Part shown: positions 17,384 through 26,100 of the stretch, in pieces | Position numbering within the stretch: the stretch's first letter is position 1 | How the letters are laid out: each line of letters starts with the position of its first letter | Source: Bacilli bacterium | GTDB lineage: Bacteria > Bacillota_I > Bacilli_A > RF39 > UBA660 | Length of the DNA: 53,982 nt | Direction: 5' to 3' | Assembly: GCA_036667875.1 (NCBI GenBank) | Contig: JAVWTD010000004.1 | Location: 1 to 53,982, forward strand | Notes under the pieces: model-generated | Databases searched by the model: none | Seen by the model: only the letters and a program-made list of their open reading frames with translations | What the model was told of the DNA's origin: nothing | Position numbers and translations under genes: made by a program

Positions 17384-17827
17384 TTATCCCACCATTTCTT
17401 TTAATTCTTTTAAGTTATATTTTATTTTTTTAGTAATAATATCGTATTTTAATTTAAATGATTTTTGATCTTTTCCTACCATATCTTTTAATTGATAAAG
17501 ATTAGATAAGTTTGTTAATACAAGTGATGCTTTAAGGTTATATAAGTCGGATTCTCTTAATTTAAGTTTGTTTGATAATTCATTAATATTTGAATTTATA
17601 TATTTATAAGTGTATGTTGCTGCTCTACTGTCTTCGTTTTTTCCCCATAGTTTTTGTTCTTCAATATAAAGTTCATCTAATATTTTATAAGTACCTTGTA
17701 ATAAGTAATAGGTATCTTTATCTTGCTCGTTTTTATTATAGTCTATTAGATAGACTTTATTAATTACAGAATATAATAAGAAAGATGAAATAAGAAAAAG
17801 AATAATTGGAAAAATTAGTTTTTTCAT
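17384..17827 (-). CDS. Bitopic membrane protein (hypothetical)
   Basis: N-terminal TM helix. It has a 4-nt overlap with the upstream gene and a 1-nt gap to the downstream gene. Confidence 0.5.
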   Translation of the reverse strand: MKKLIFPIILFLISSFLLYSVINKVYLIDYNKNEQDKDTYYLLQGTYKILDELYIEEQKLWGKNEDSRAATYTYKYINSNINELSNKLKLRESDLYNLKASLVLTNLSNLYQLKDMVGKDQKSFKLKYDIITKKIKYNLKELKEMVG

Positions 17828-18423
17828 GATTGTTCTCCTTCTTTTATTTTAAGATCAATTAGATTTTTTTCGATTCTATTTAAGTATTTTATTCTCTCAG
17901 CTTCAAATGTTTGAAAGTTTTCTGTTTTTGTTCTTGAAATTGAAAATAAATTAAATAAATTATTGTGTAGAGCGAACAAATTGTTATCACCTTTAAATAG
18001 TTTTTTTGTGTCTTTAGAGTGATTATATAGTATGTTCAAACTGTCATAACATGAACTTTCTATTTTGCTTATTTGATGAGTTACCTCAATACATTTGATT
18101 AAACTATTTTGATCTTGTTTTTTCAAAAAATTATTACATGTTTTATTATTCAATTCTTCAAATGAGAAGGAGGTCATTTTATCTATTTCAATTAAATTAA
18201 GTTTTGTGTTTTCAGATAATTTTTTCATTGGATAATATAAATTATTGGAATAGTCTTCTATTTCTTTTACCGTTTTCATTATTAAAGTTTTATTTATTTT
18301 GCTCTCTGTTTCTACTGGTTCTTTTATTTTGTTTAATTCTCGTATGATAAAAAAAGCTATTAGAAAGAGAAGAGGAATTGAAACAATTATTGCAATTGTT
18401 ATTAAAATTTGTTTTCTTTTCAT
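17824..18423 (-). CDS. Bitopic membrane protein (hypothetical)
   Basis: GGGAG lies 7 nt before the ATG at 18423 (MKRKQILITIAIIVSIPLLFLIAFFII). The longer ORF-track start lacks an SD. Confidence 0.5.
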   Translation of the reverse strand: MKRKQILITIAIIVSIPLLFLIAFFIIRELNKIKEPVETESKINKTLIMKTVKEIEDYSNNLYYPMKKLSENTKLNLIEIDKMTSFSFEELNNKTCNNFLKKQDQNSLIKCIEVTHQISKIESSCYDSLNILYNHSKDTKKLFKGDNNLFALHNNLFNLFSISRTKTENFQTFEAERIKYLNRIEKNLIDLKIKEGEQS

Positions 18424-18455
18424 TTTATTACTCCCTACTATATATCTATTATACA

Positions 18456-18481
18456 CAAAAAAAGAGTTAAAATAAACTCTT
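18456..18481 (-). terminator. Intrinsic terminator directly after sigE
   Basis: Stem AAGAGTT/AACTCTT (18462-18468/18475-18481) then U7 on the minus strand. It overlaps the sigE stop, and a TATAAT follows at 18453-18448. Confidence 0.55.
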
Positions 18482-19133
18482 AATTGGATAAACTTTTTAA
18501 TTTCTTTATTATCTTTTTTTCTATCCTGGAAATATAGGACTGGCTTATGCCTAGATTCTCTGCTACTTCTTTTTGGGTTTGTTCTTTATTATTATATAAA
18601 CCATATCTTAAAATCATAATATTTTTATCTCGTTCTTTTAAATTCTCTATTTCTTTATATAATTCTGTTTCTAAAAATTGATCTTCAATTTTTTTTGTAA
18701 TGACATCTTTTTCTGTTCCTAATATGTCTTCTAAGTGTAATTCATTTCCTTCAGCATCATAACTTAAACTATCTTCAAAACTAACTTCTGTTTTCCTTTT
18801 TTTGTTTTTCCTAAGAAACATTAATATTTCATTATCAATGCAGCGTGAAGCATAAGTTGCTAGTTTAATATTTTTATCTAGTTTATATGTATTTACTCCT
18901 TTTATTAGGCCTATTGTTCCTATACTTACTAGGTCCTCTAAGTCTATTTTAGTGTTATCATATTTTTTTGATAAAAATACTACTAAGCGAAGATTATGCT
19001 CAATTAATTTAGCACGAGCAAACATATCACCTTTACCACTTTCTGTAACATATTTTATTTCTTCTTCTTTTGTTAAAGGTTCTGGTAATTTGTCTAAACT
19101 TCCTACATAGAAAATAGTTGTTGTTGTTTTCAT
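18480..19133 (-). CDS. sigE: RNA polymerase sporulation sigma factor sigma-E, with a very short N-terminal pro-region
   Basis: FYVGSLDKLPEPL...LIEHNLRLVVFLSKKY...SIGTIGLIKGVNTY...IKLATYASRCIDNEILMFLR...ISQSYISRIEKKII is collinear with B. subtilis SigE from residue ~27 onward. Confidence 0.85.
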   Translation of the reverse strand: MKTTTTIFYVGSLDKLPEPLTKEEEIKYVTESGKGDMFARAKLIEHNLRLVVFLSKKYDNTKIDLEDLVSIGTIGLIKGVNTYKLDKNIKLATYASRCIDNEILMFLRKNKKRKTEVSFEDSLSYDAEGNELHLEDILGTEKDVITKKIEDQFLETELYKEIENLKERDKNIMILRYGLYNNKEQTQKEVAENLGISQSYISRIEKKIIKKLKSLSN

Positions 19134-19735
19134 TTTTCCTCCATTATTTTGGGATTTAAAATTAATTCTACATTTTCTTCTGTAACTGCGATTATTACTT
19201 TTTTAATAGTTTTATTATTAATAACTACTTTATCTGGAATAAACCCTTTTAATATTCCTTTTTCTGTGATTGTTTGATATGGAATGTAAATTGGCTTTTT
19301 TAGTTCCACATTTTTTGGAATTTGTTTTTTACTTATTATAAGGACTGGTATATTAAGATACTCTAGTGAATTTCCTGTATCCATTAAGCCTTTTAACTTA
19401 ATTACTGTACCACTAATATAAATAGTGGTGTAATAGTAGATTATGTTTTCTTTATTTTTAAATGATGTTAAAAGATACATGGCTAAAAGAGAAATAAAAG
19501 GATTATAATTAAGGGCTTTTAATATTAATACAATGATTATAAAATTAGATAAGTACTTTAAATTTTTGAATGTTACATAAATCATTAATATATCAAACAA
19601 GAAATAGGGGAAAAAGATTCGGTAGGCACCTATTACAGCCCCAAGTATTATTTGACTTCTTGTTGTTTGTACTTTTAATATATATGTTATAGTTGTCAAA
19701 ATTAGTACATTAAAATACAAATTAATAATTATCAT
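19130..19735 (-). CDS. spoIIGA: Sigma-E processing peptidase SpoIIGA (short form)
   Basis: Polytopic N-terminal half, the aspartic-protease motif LMDTGNSL, and a position immediately upstream of sigE, overlapping it by 4 nt. Confidence 0.75.
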   Translation of the reverse strand: MIIINLYFNVLILTTITYILKVQTTRSQIILGAVIGAYRIFFPYFLFDILMIYVTFKNLKYLSNFIIIVLILKALNYNPFISLLAMYLLTSFKNKENIIYYYTTIYISGTVIKLKGLMDTGNSLEYLNIPVLIISKKQIPKNVELKKPIYIPYQTITEKGILKGFIPDKVVINNKTIKKVIIAVTEENVELILNPKIMEEK

Positions 19736-19752
19736 TTTATATCACCATTTAT

Positions 19753-19786
19753 ATTATAAAAAAAAGACACAAAATATTGTGTCGAT
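19753..19786 (-). promoter_or_regulatory. Putative spoIIGA promoter: TCGACA-21-TATAAT with an overlapping Spo0A-box-like TGTCGAT
   Basis: Minus-strand TATAAT = 19758-19753 and TCGACA = 19785-19780. The plus strand reads TGTCGAT at 19780-19786 (0A-box consensus TGTCGAA). Confidence 0.35.
19758..19783 (-). terminator. Intrinsic terminator after ftsZ
   Basis: Minus-strand GACACAAUAUUUUGUGUC followed by U8. Confidence 0.6.
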
Positions 19787-19792
19787 TTATGG

Positions 19793-20875
19793 TTAAAAAC
19801 CTCTTTTTCTTAAACTTGAGAAGAAATCATTGTCATCATTGTCTGTTTCTTCAGGTTCTTCTTGTAAAGTTTCTATAATATCTTGAGTTGGGAATGCACG
19901 TCTTGGCTTTTCAGCTTGTGCTTGTTTTGTGTCTTCGAATCCTGTTGCAATTACTGTAACGATTATTTCATCGTTTAAGTTTTCATTAATTACAGCTCCA
20001 AATATTGTATTAATATCAGTGTTAGCAGATGTACGAATTACTTCTGCTGCTTCTTCTACTTCAAATAAAGTAAGGTTTGATCCACCTGTAACGTTTATAA
20101 TTGCATCAGTTGCACCACTGATACTTGTTTCTAACAATGGGCTTGATACTGCTTGGCGGGCTGCTTCTGTAGCACGTCCTTCTCCAACTCCAATACCAAT
20201 TCCAATAAGTGCGTTTCCTCTTTTTTCCATAACTGTCTTAACATCGGCGAAGTCTAGGTTTATTAACCCAGCAACAGCGATTAAATCGGAAATAGACTGT
20301 ACACCTCTTCTTAGTACATTATCTACTTCTTTAAATGATTCTAATAAAGGTGTTGTTTTATCAATAATGTCTCTTAATCTATCATTTGGTATAACAATCA
20401 ATGTATCTACATGTTTTTTTAATTCAGATAAACCAAGATTGGCATGTTCCATTCTTTTTCTTCCTTCGAATGAGAATGGTTTAGTAACTATACCAACTGT
20501 TAGTGCACCCATTTGTTGTGCAATATCTGCTATAACAGGGGCTGCACCAGTTCCAGTACCTCCACCCATTCCACAGGTAACAAATACCATATCTGCTCCT
20601 TCTAAAGCTTTTTCTATTTCTGCTTTAGATTCTAGGGCAGCTTCTTTACCTATAGTTGGATTAGCTCCAGCTCCTAGTCCATTAGTAAGTTTCTCACCAA
20701 TTTGTATTTTAATGGCAGCTTTTGAATTATTTAAAACTTGTAGATCTGTATTTGCTACTATGAATTCTACACCTTGTACTCCAGATTCTATCATACGATT
20801 TACAGCGTTATTACCGCCTCCACCTACACCTATAACCTTTATTTTTGCTAATTGATCCATTTCTAAACCAAACAT
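19793..20875 (-). CDS. ftsZ: Cell division protein FtsZ
   Basis: [17 protein letters not shown]...[15 protein letters not shown] tubulin signature. GAGGAGGA precedes the ATG. Confidence 0.97.
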   Translation of the reverse strand: MFGLEMDQLAKIKVIGVGGGGNNAVNRMIESGVQGVEFIVANTDLQVLNNSKAAIKIQIGEKLTNGLGAGANPTIGKEAALESKAEIEKALEGADMVFVTCGMGGGTGTGAAPVIADIAQQMGALTVGIVTKPFSFEGRKRMEHANLGLSELKKHVDTLIVIPNDRLRDIIDKTTPLLESFKEVDNVLRRGVQSISDLIAVAGLINLDFADVKTVMEKRGNALIGIGIGVGEGRATEAARQAVSSPLLETSISGATDAIINVTGGSNLTLFEVEEAAEVIRTSANTDINTIFGAVINENLNDEIIVTVIATGFEDTKQAQAEKPRRAFPTQDIIETLQEEPEETDNDDNDFFSSLRKRGF

Positions 20876-20897
20876 AAATTATCCTCCTCTTGTGCTT

Positions 20898-22139
20898 CTA
20901 TTCCCCAAAAAAGTAACTAACAACTTTGTTTAACATTGAGTCACTAGAAATATTAGCTGTGTTTTTTCTTACTGATGATAAGTCTTCTAAATCACTTGTA
21001 CTTAACATCGAGCATTCTGTGCCTTTAAGTTTTAATTTATTAATAAAATATATTATATTTCCTACTGCTGCTGTATTTTGGTTATTTCTTAATCCAACAA
21101 TTTTAGTTTTACCAACTTTGGCTTTTTTTCCAAGTTTTTCTTCGATTAAAGTGTCAAAGTGGAAAGCATTAGTAGCTCCTCCTGTGAATATTAAATAGTC
21201 TAGTTGTTTTCCGGAAAGACTTGATATTTCTTTTACTGCTAACTCTATTAATTGTAAATATCTATTACTTACTAAAGTTGAAACTTCAAGTTGAGATATT
21301 TTAATTTTTTTAGAATCTTTAGTAGTAACTTCATAGAACTCACTATTACTAGCAAATTTCTTATCTGCTACTGCAAATCTTTCTTTAATTTTTCTAGCAT
21401 TATTTAATGTAATATCATAAGTTTTGGCTATATCTGTTTCAATAACGCCACTACCGACTCCAATTATACTATTTTTTACTATTGTTCCTTTATTATATAA
21501 AGATACATTCATTGTTTCTGCACCTATATTAATAATAGAACCTGCTTCTTTATCCATTTCTTTTGTTTTTAAAGCATTAATAGTTCCTATACTATTTATC
21601 ATGAAGTCAATTACTTCTACCCCTAATGATTCAATGATTGAAACCACTGAAATAATGTTTTTCTTAGGAGCAGTAACCATTATAGCACGAGTGCTAAGAA
21701 CTTTAGCCTTATGACCAAGTGGGTTTTGTATTCCTTCTGCATCATCCAATTTAAAATCAATCGGGATAATAGTAACCATTTCTTTTTCAGGAGTAAGTTT
21801 AGTTTTAGCGGATTGTTGTAAAACTTTTACAATATCATCGCTTTTAACAATTTCATTAACAATTCTTACTTCACCTTTTACAAATGTAAAATCAGCGAAA
21901 TTAGCAGGAATAGATGCTATAATTTGTTTTATTTTTATCCCTAGCATCTTTTGTATTTCATCCATTGCTTCCTTAACAGAAGCTTGTGCTTTTTCCGCAT
22001 CAACAATTAGTCCCTTTTTTATTCCCTTAGATTTTACAGAAGATGTTGCTAATAAATTTAGCTTGTTATTTTGAAGTGTGCAAACAACAACTTTTATGCT
22101 GTCAGAGCCAACATCGATGCTTGCAAATACATTTTTCAT
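20898..22139 (-). CDS. ftsA: Cell division protein FtsA
   Basis: Actin-fold ASIDVGSDSIKV...; position upstream of ftsZ. AGGAGA lies 8 nt before the ATG at 22139. Confidence 0.9.
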   Translation of the reverse strand: MKNVFASIDVGSDSIKVVVCTLQNNKLNLLATSSVKSKGIKKGLIVDAEKAQASVKEAMDEIQKMLGIKIKQIIASIPANFADFTFVKGEVRIVNEIVKSDDIVKVLQQSAKTKLTPEKEMVTIIPIDFKLDDAEGIQNPLGHKAKVLSTRAIMVTAPKKNIISVVSIIESLGVEVIDFMINSIGTINALKTKEMDKEAGSIINIGAETMNVSLYNKGTIVKNSIIGVGSGVIETDIAKTYDITLNNARKIKERFAVADKKFASNSEFYEVTTKDSKKIKISQLEVSTLVSNRYLQLIELAVKEISSLSGKQLDYLIFTGGATNAFHFDTLIEEKLGKKAKVGKTKIVGLRNNQNTAAVGNIIYFINKLKLKGTECSMLSTSDLEDLSSVRKNTANISSDSMLNKVVSYFFGE

Positions 22140-22202
22140 GTTTCTCATCTCCTATAATCTACAACTCAATTATACTATATTATTTAAGAAAAGTAAAAGA
22201 AA

Positions 22203-22228
22203 AAAAGAAAAAAAGACTTTTTTGTCTT
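22203..22228 (-). terminator. Probable intrinsic terminator after divIB
   Basis: Minus-strand AAGAC-AAAAAA-GUCUU followed by a long U-rich run. Confidence 0.4.
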
Positions 22229-22913
22229 AATTTTCCATGATTTTAAAGTATTCTCCTGAGTTTAGGTATAATATTCCTTTTTTATTATTAAATTCTTTAA
22301 CATAATTGTTATAATTATTTATTTCTTTGAATTTACTTAATGTAACATAAACATAATTTCCGTCAATCATCGTTAAAAGAAAGCGTTCAGTATCAACTGC
22401 ATCGGGGTCATATTTAATTTCGGATATTTTATTTAATATGTTTCTATTAATTAAACTTAATTTTTTTATTAGTAAATCGTGCTTTTTTTTATCAATTGCA
22501 TTTACAAGAATTGGGGCATTTAAGTTTTCTTTTACTACAGTTCCATTTTTTAAAATTGTTACATTTTTTAAACTATCATAAAGTATAGGTATATTTTCTT
22601 TTACTTCTATATAGACAGTAGTAAGAAATTTCTTTCTAACTTTAGCTTTCATAATGAATTTATTTTTTTCTAGTCGTTTTTCTATTAGGAAACTAAAATT
22701 AGTAATAGAGACTGGATAATCTTCTATACCGGCAGTTCTAATTATTTCATAATCTTCTAAATAATTGTTGCCTTTAACATAAATACTATTAATGGGTTTT
22801 GTTATTATAGAAAAGAGTAAAAAACATACTAAATAAATACTTAATAATACTAAGAATATATTAACTACTTTTAAACGTACTTTCTTTTTTTTCTTTTTTC
22901 CCAATTTATTCAC
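22227..22913 (-). CDS. divIB: Cell division protein DivIB/FtsQ
   Basis: Basic N-terminus, a single TM helix, a POTRA-like INSIYVKGNNYLEDYEI segment, and the position between murB and ftsA. GTG start. Confidence 0.75.
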   Translation of the reverse strand: MNKLGKKKKKKVRLKVVNIFLVLLSIYLVCFLLFSIITKPINSIYVKGNNYLEDYEIIRTAGIEDYPVSITNFSFLIEKRLEKNKFIMKAKVRKKFLTTVYIEVKENIPILYDSLKNVTILKNGTVVKENLNAPILVNAIDKKKHDLLIKKLSLINRNILNKISEIKYDPDAVDTERFLLTMIDGNYVYVTLSKFKEINNYNNYVKEFNNKKGILYLNSGEYFKIMEN

Positions 22914-23807
22914 CTATTCTATAAATTCTTGTTCAATTTTTAAATCTATATCAAATTTTTCTTTTACTTTTTCTTTTATTTCGTTTATTAGGTTTTTAAT
23001 GTCTTCTCCAGTTGCATTACCGACATTTATAATAAAGTTAGCATGTTTTTGTGAAACCATTGCACCCCCTATCATGTGACCTTTATATCCTATTTCTTCT
23101 ATAAGTCTTCCTGCGAAGTCTCCTTCTGGGTTTCTGAATACTGATCCTGCTGAAGGATATTCAAGTGGTTGTGATTCAAGGCGTCTTATTTTTCTGTTTC
23201 TTATTACATCTAGGATTGCTTCCTTTTTGCCTTTATAAAGTCCTAGGGTTGCTTCAAGACAAATATAATTTGGATTAGTAGCTAGAAAAGAAGTTCTATA
23301 ATGGAAATTTAGTTGGTTATTATTAAGTTCAATGATTTCTAATTCTGGTGTTAAAACTTTGATGCTTTTAACAATGTAACCCATATCACTTTTATAGGCT
23401 CCAGCATTCATAAAAACGGCTCCTCCTACTGTTCCAGGAATTCCACTAGCAAACTCTAAACCTGCTAAATCATATCTAGCAACTAAAAGGGAAAGTTTAA
23501 TTAAAGAATAACCTGCTCCAACTGTAACAATAGTCCCATTAATATTTACATCATTAAGATTATCTAATTTTATAAGGACTCCATCATATATTTTTTTTGT
23601 AAATATTAAATTAGAACCAAACCCTAGAATTTTATGTTTGATATTATTTTCTCTTAAATATATAAGTAGTTTTTTTAATGAGGATATATTTTTAGGAATT
23701 GCTAAAAATCTTGCAACTCCCGCTAATTTGTATGTAGTATATTTTGTAAGATCAATATTTTCTAATATTTCACCTATATTTAAATTTTTTAAATCTTTAT
23801 AATTCAT
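22914..23807 (-). CDS. murB: UDP-N-acetylenolpyruvoylglucosamine reductase
   Basis: FAD-binding GxGSN(L/I), GIPGTVGGAVFMNAGAYK and SAGSVFRNP motifs. Confidence 0.92.
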   Translation of the reverse strand: MNYKDLKNLNIGEILENIDLTKYTTYKLAGVARFLAIPKNISSLKKLLIYLRENNIKHKILGFGSNLIFTKKIYDGVLIKLDNLNDVNINGTIVTVGAGYSLIKLSLLVARYDLAGLEFASGIPGTVGGAVFMNAGAYKSDMGYIVKSIKVLTPELEIIELNNNQLNFHYRTSFLATNPNYICLEATLGLYKGKKEAILDVIRNRKIRRLESQPLEYPSAGSVFRNPEGDFAGRLIEEIGYKGHMIGGAMVSQKHANFIINVGNATGEDIKNLINEIKEKVKEKFDIDLKIEQEFIE

Positions 23808-23809
23808 AA

Positions 23810-24892
23810 TTATTTCCTATCTATTAGTTTTTTGATATTGTCGTATATTAATGAGGCTGAGTTGTTACAACTTCTTTGTTTTAAGTTCTTTTTTAATTCT
23901 TTAATTTTATTTTCATCATTAATTACTTTATCAATTGTTTCTATTAATATTTCACTAGTAAGGTTTTTTTCTTCTATTATTATTCCAGCATTATTTTTTT
24001 CTAAATCTAAGGCATTTTTATATTGATGGTTATTTGTTACATAAGGACTTGGAATAAATATAGCAGGTATCTCTAAGGCTTCTATTTCTGCTATTGTACT
24101 TGCTCCTGCTCTGCATACAATTAAGTCTGTTTTCTTCATTATACGAGGTAAGTCATTTATGTATGGAAAGACAAAAACATTTTTTGAAAATCTTATTTTT
24201 TTAATTTCATCGTACATATCTTTACCTGTGATAAAAACTATTTCATACTTTTTATTGTTTACTTTTTTTAGAGTATCTATTAAAAATTCATTAATTTTTG
24301 ATGAACCAAGTGAACCCATTACAAATAAAACAAGTTTCTTAGTTTCACTAAGCCCAAATTCACTTTTCTTTGCAGGAGTAATTTGAAAAGCATTTTCACT
24401 GACTGGATTTCCTGTAAAAACAACTTTCTCTTTTGGAAAATATTCCATCGATGATTTAAAGGATACTCCAATTAAATCAGCATATTTTGTTAAGAATTTA
24501 TTACTAACACCACTTATGCTGTTTTGTTCATGAATAAATGTTTTTATTCCTAATTTATTAGCAGCTTTAATTACTGGTGCAGTTACATACCCTCCAATAC
24601 CTAATACAATATCAGGATTAAATTCTTTAATTATTTTAAGACATTCTTTATAACTTTTTAAAAGACATTTAATAGTTTTAAAATTTTTCAATGGTTTTTT
24701 ACGATTAAATCCATAAATTTCAATACTTTTAAAGGGAATATCTTTAGCGGGTACTATATCTTTTTCCATTCTATTATGTGTTCCTATATATAAAAACTCG
24801 CTATTAGGTTCCATTTGTTTAATTTTGTTAATGATGGCTAAGGCAGGATAAATATGTCCTCCTGTACCTCCAGCACTTACAATAACTCTCAC
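23810..24892 (-). CDS. murG: Undecaprenyldiphospho-muramoylpentapeptide beta-N-acetylglucosaminyltransferase
   Basis: SAGGTGGHIYPALA. The GTG at 24892 gives (M)RVIVSAGG as in other MurG proteins, 10 nt after AGGA. Confidence 0.92.
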   Translation of the reverse strand: MRVIVSAGGTGGHIYPALAIINKIKQMEPNSEFLYIGTHNRMEKDIVPAKDIPFKSIEIYGFNRKKPLKNFKTIKCLLKSYKECLKIIKEFNPDIVLGIGGYVTAPVIKAANKLGIKTFIHEQNSISGVSNKFLTKYADLIGVSFKSSMEYFPKEKVVFTGNPVSENAFQITPAKKSEFGLSETKKLVLFVMGSLGSSKINEFLIDTLKKVNNKKYEIVFITGKDMYDEIKKIRFSKNVFVFPYINDLPRIMKKTDLIVCRAGASTIAEIEALEIPAIFIPSPYVTNNHQYKNALDLEKNNAGIIIEEKNLTSEILIETIDKVINDENKIKELKKNLKQRSCNNSASLIYDNIKKLIDRK

Positions 24893-24980
24893 ATTAATCA
24901 CATCCTATTACTAATTATACCATAATTATATGCAATGACAAATTTTTATATTATTAGTTAAAGAAAATTTAGTTATAGTT

Positions 24981-25007
24981 AAAAAAGAAGTATTGTATAT
25001 ACTTCTT
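24981..25007 (-). terminator. Intrinsic terminator upstream of murG
   Basis: 9-bp stem AAGAAGTAT/ATACTTCTT (24985-24993/24999-25007), then U6 on the minus strand. Confidence 0.6.
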
Positions 25008-25059
25008 AACTTTACTATTAATAATTAATTCTAATAAATCAAAAGAATTAAGATTTTAA

Positions 25060-25272
25060 TTATTTCATTTTTTTGGTTTCATATTCTTTTTGATATTCAA
25101 GTATACCATCTACTATTTCTAGTTCTTTTTCGTTGAATCCTTCGAAATCGATTAATTCTAAATTGCTTTCTTTATAGAGGGCAAAAAGGCAATATTTTAT
25201 AGTTTCAATTTTGTTTGGTCCATTTAGTATTAAATACATAGCAAACCTAAACTCAAATCCTTTTTGTGTCAT
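25060..25272 (-). CDS. Hypothetical 70-aa protein
   Basis: GGAGGAA lies before the ATG. No similarity was recognised. Confidence 0.45.
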   Translation of the reverse strand: MTQKGFEFRFAMYLILNGPNKIETIKYCLFALYKESNLELIDFEGFNEKELEIVDGILEYQKEYETKKMK

Positions 25273-25332
25273 CTAAATTCCTCCTTTTTTTAGATTGTAT
25301 TATAGCATTAAAAAAAGCCTTATTAAAGGTTT

Positions 25333-26100
25333 TTAGCAAAATTTATCAATAAAGTTAAATATTTCATCAGAGAACTCTACAATTTCATCTTTATATAGTT
25401 CTAAATTGTCAAAGTCATCTATTAAAGCAATTATATCAATGCCTCTTTTTTTAGTTAAACTAAAGTGAAATTCACGGCAAAGAGTTGTAAACTTAAGTAA
25501 TACTTCTTCATATCCAAATGAGAAAATATTATGAAAGTTCAATATACATTTAAGTAAAAGAAGCATCTTTTTAATGTGCGTTCTTGATGGTTTTACTTTA
25601 TCACTTTTAAGCTCCATAATCATTTTTTTATAGTCTTGATAGATACTTGGAAAATTATGTATATCGTTTGATCTAATTGTTTCATAGGTTACAGGAATAT
25701 AATAATCTTTTCCATATAATGTAGGATTTAGATTATACTTGTATTTTTCATAAATCATAACTTTTGTTTTGTAACTTACAATATTTTTTTCTACTTCTTT
25801 TAAGGTATAAAAACTAGTTCCAACATGAATTGAATCTTGCTCATTACATTTTTCATTAAATTCAATTATTTTTTCCATTTCATATTCATTAATTATAAAG
25901 AATAAATCAATATCTGACCATCCTGAATGAATATCTTTTTTGCCAGCTGAACCCCCTAGGGTTATACTTAATATATTATCTCCTAAAATGTCAAAAACTT
26001 TTTCAATTGTTTTTTCGACACAGTCATAATAATTACTTGGAAGTTCTTCTTTTAAATTATAATGCTTGAGATTTTCTTTTGCTATATCCATATTCTTCAT
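25333..26100 (-). CDS. Pol-beta-fold nucleotidyltransferase with a helical C-domain (AadA/ANT-like architecture)
   Basis: LGGSAGKKDIHSGWSDIDLFFI fits the G(G/S)-x9-13-DxD NTase motif and resembles AadA GSAVDGGLKPHSDIDLLV. The 255-aa size fits. The substrate is unknown. Confidence 0.5.
   Translation of the reverse strand: MKNMDIAKENLKHYNLKEELPSNYYDCVEKTIEKVFDILGDNILSITLGGSAGKKDIHSGWSDIDLFFIINEYEMEKIIEFNEKCNEQDSIHVGTSFYTLKEVEKNIVSYKTKVMIYEKYKYNLNPTLYGKDYYIPVTYETIRSNDIHNFPSIYQDYKKMIMELKSDKVKPSRTHIKKMLLLLKCILNFHNIFSFGYEEVLLKFTTLCREFHFSLTKKRGIDIIALIDDFDNLELYKDEIVEFSDEIFNFIDKFC

Noticed and set aside
19929-20855. 308-aa plus-strand ORF, together with similar long antisense ORFs at 13248-13700, 13713-14081, 3966-4412, 26418-26795, 27114-27485 and 7374-7697.
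   Set aside because: All lie fully inside well-supported minus-strand genes (ftsZ, tsaC, sigG, GT2, the ABC permease). They have low-complexity Ser/Pro/Ile/Phe-rich translations and no SD sequences, so they are shadow ORFs.
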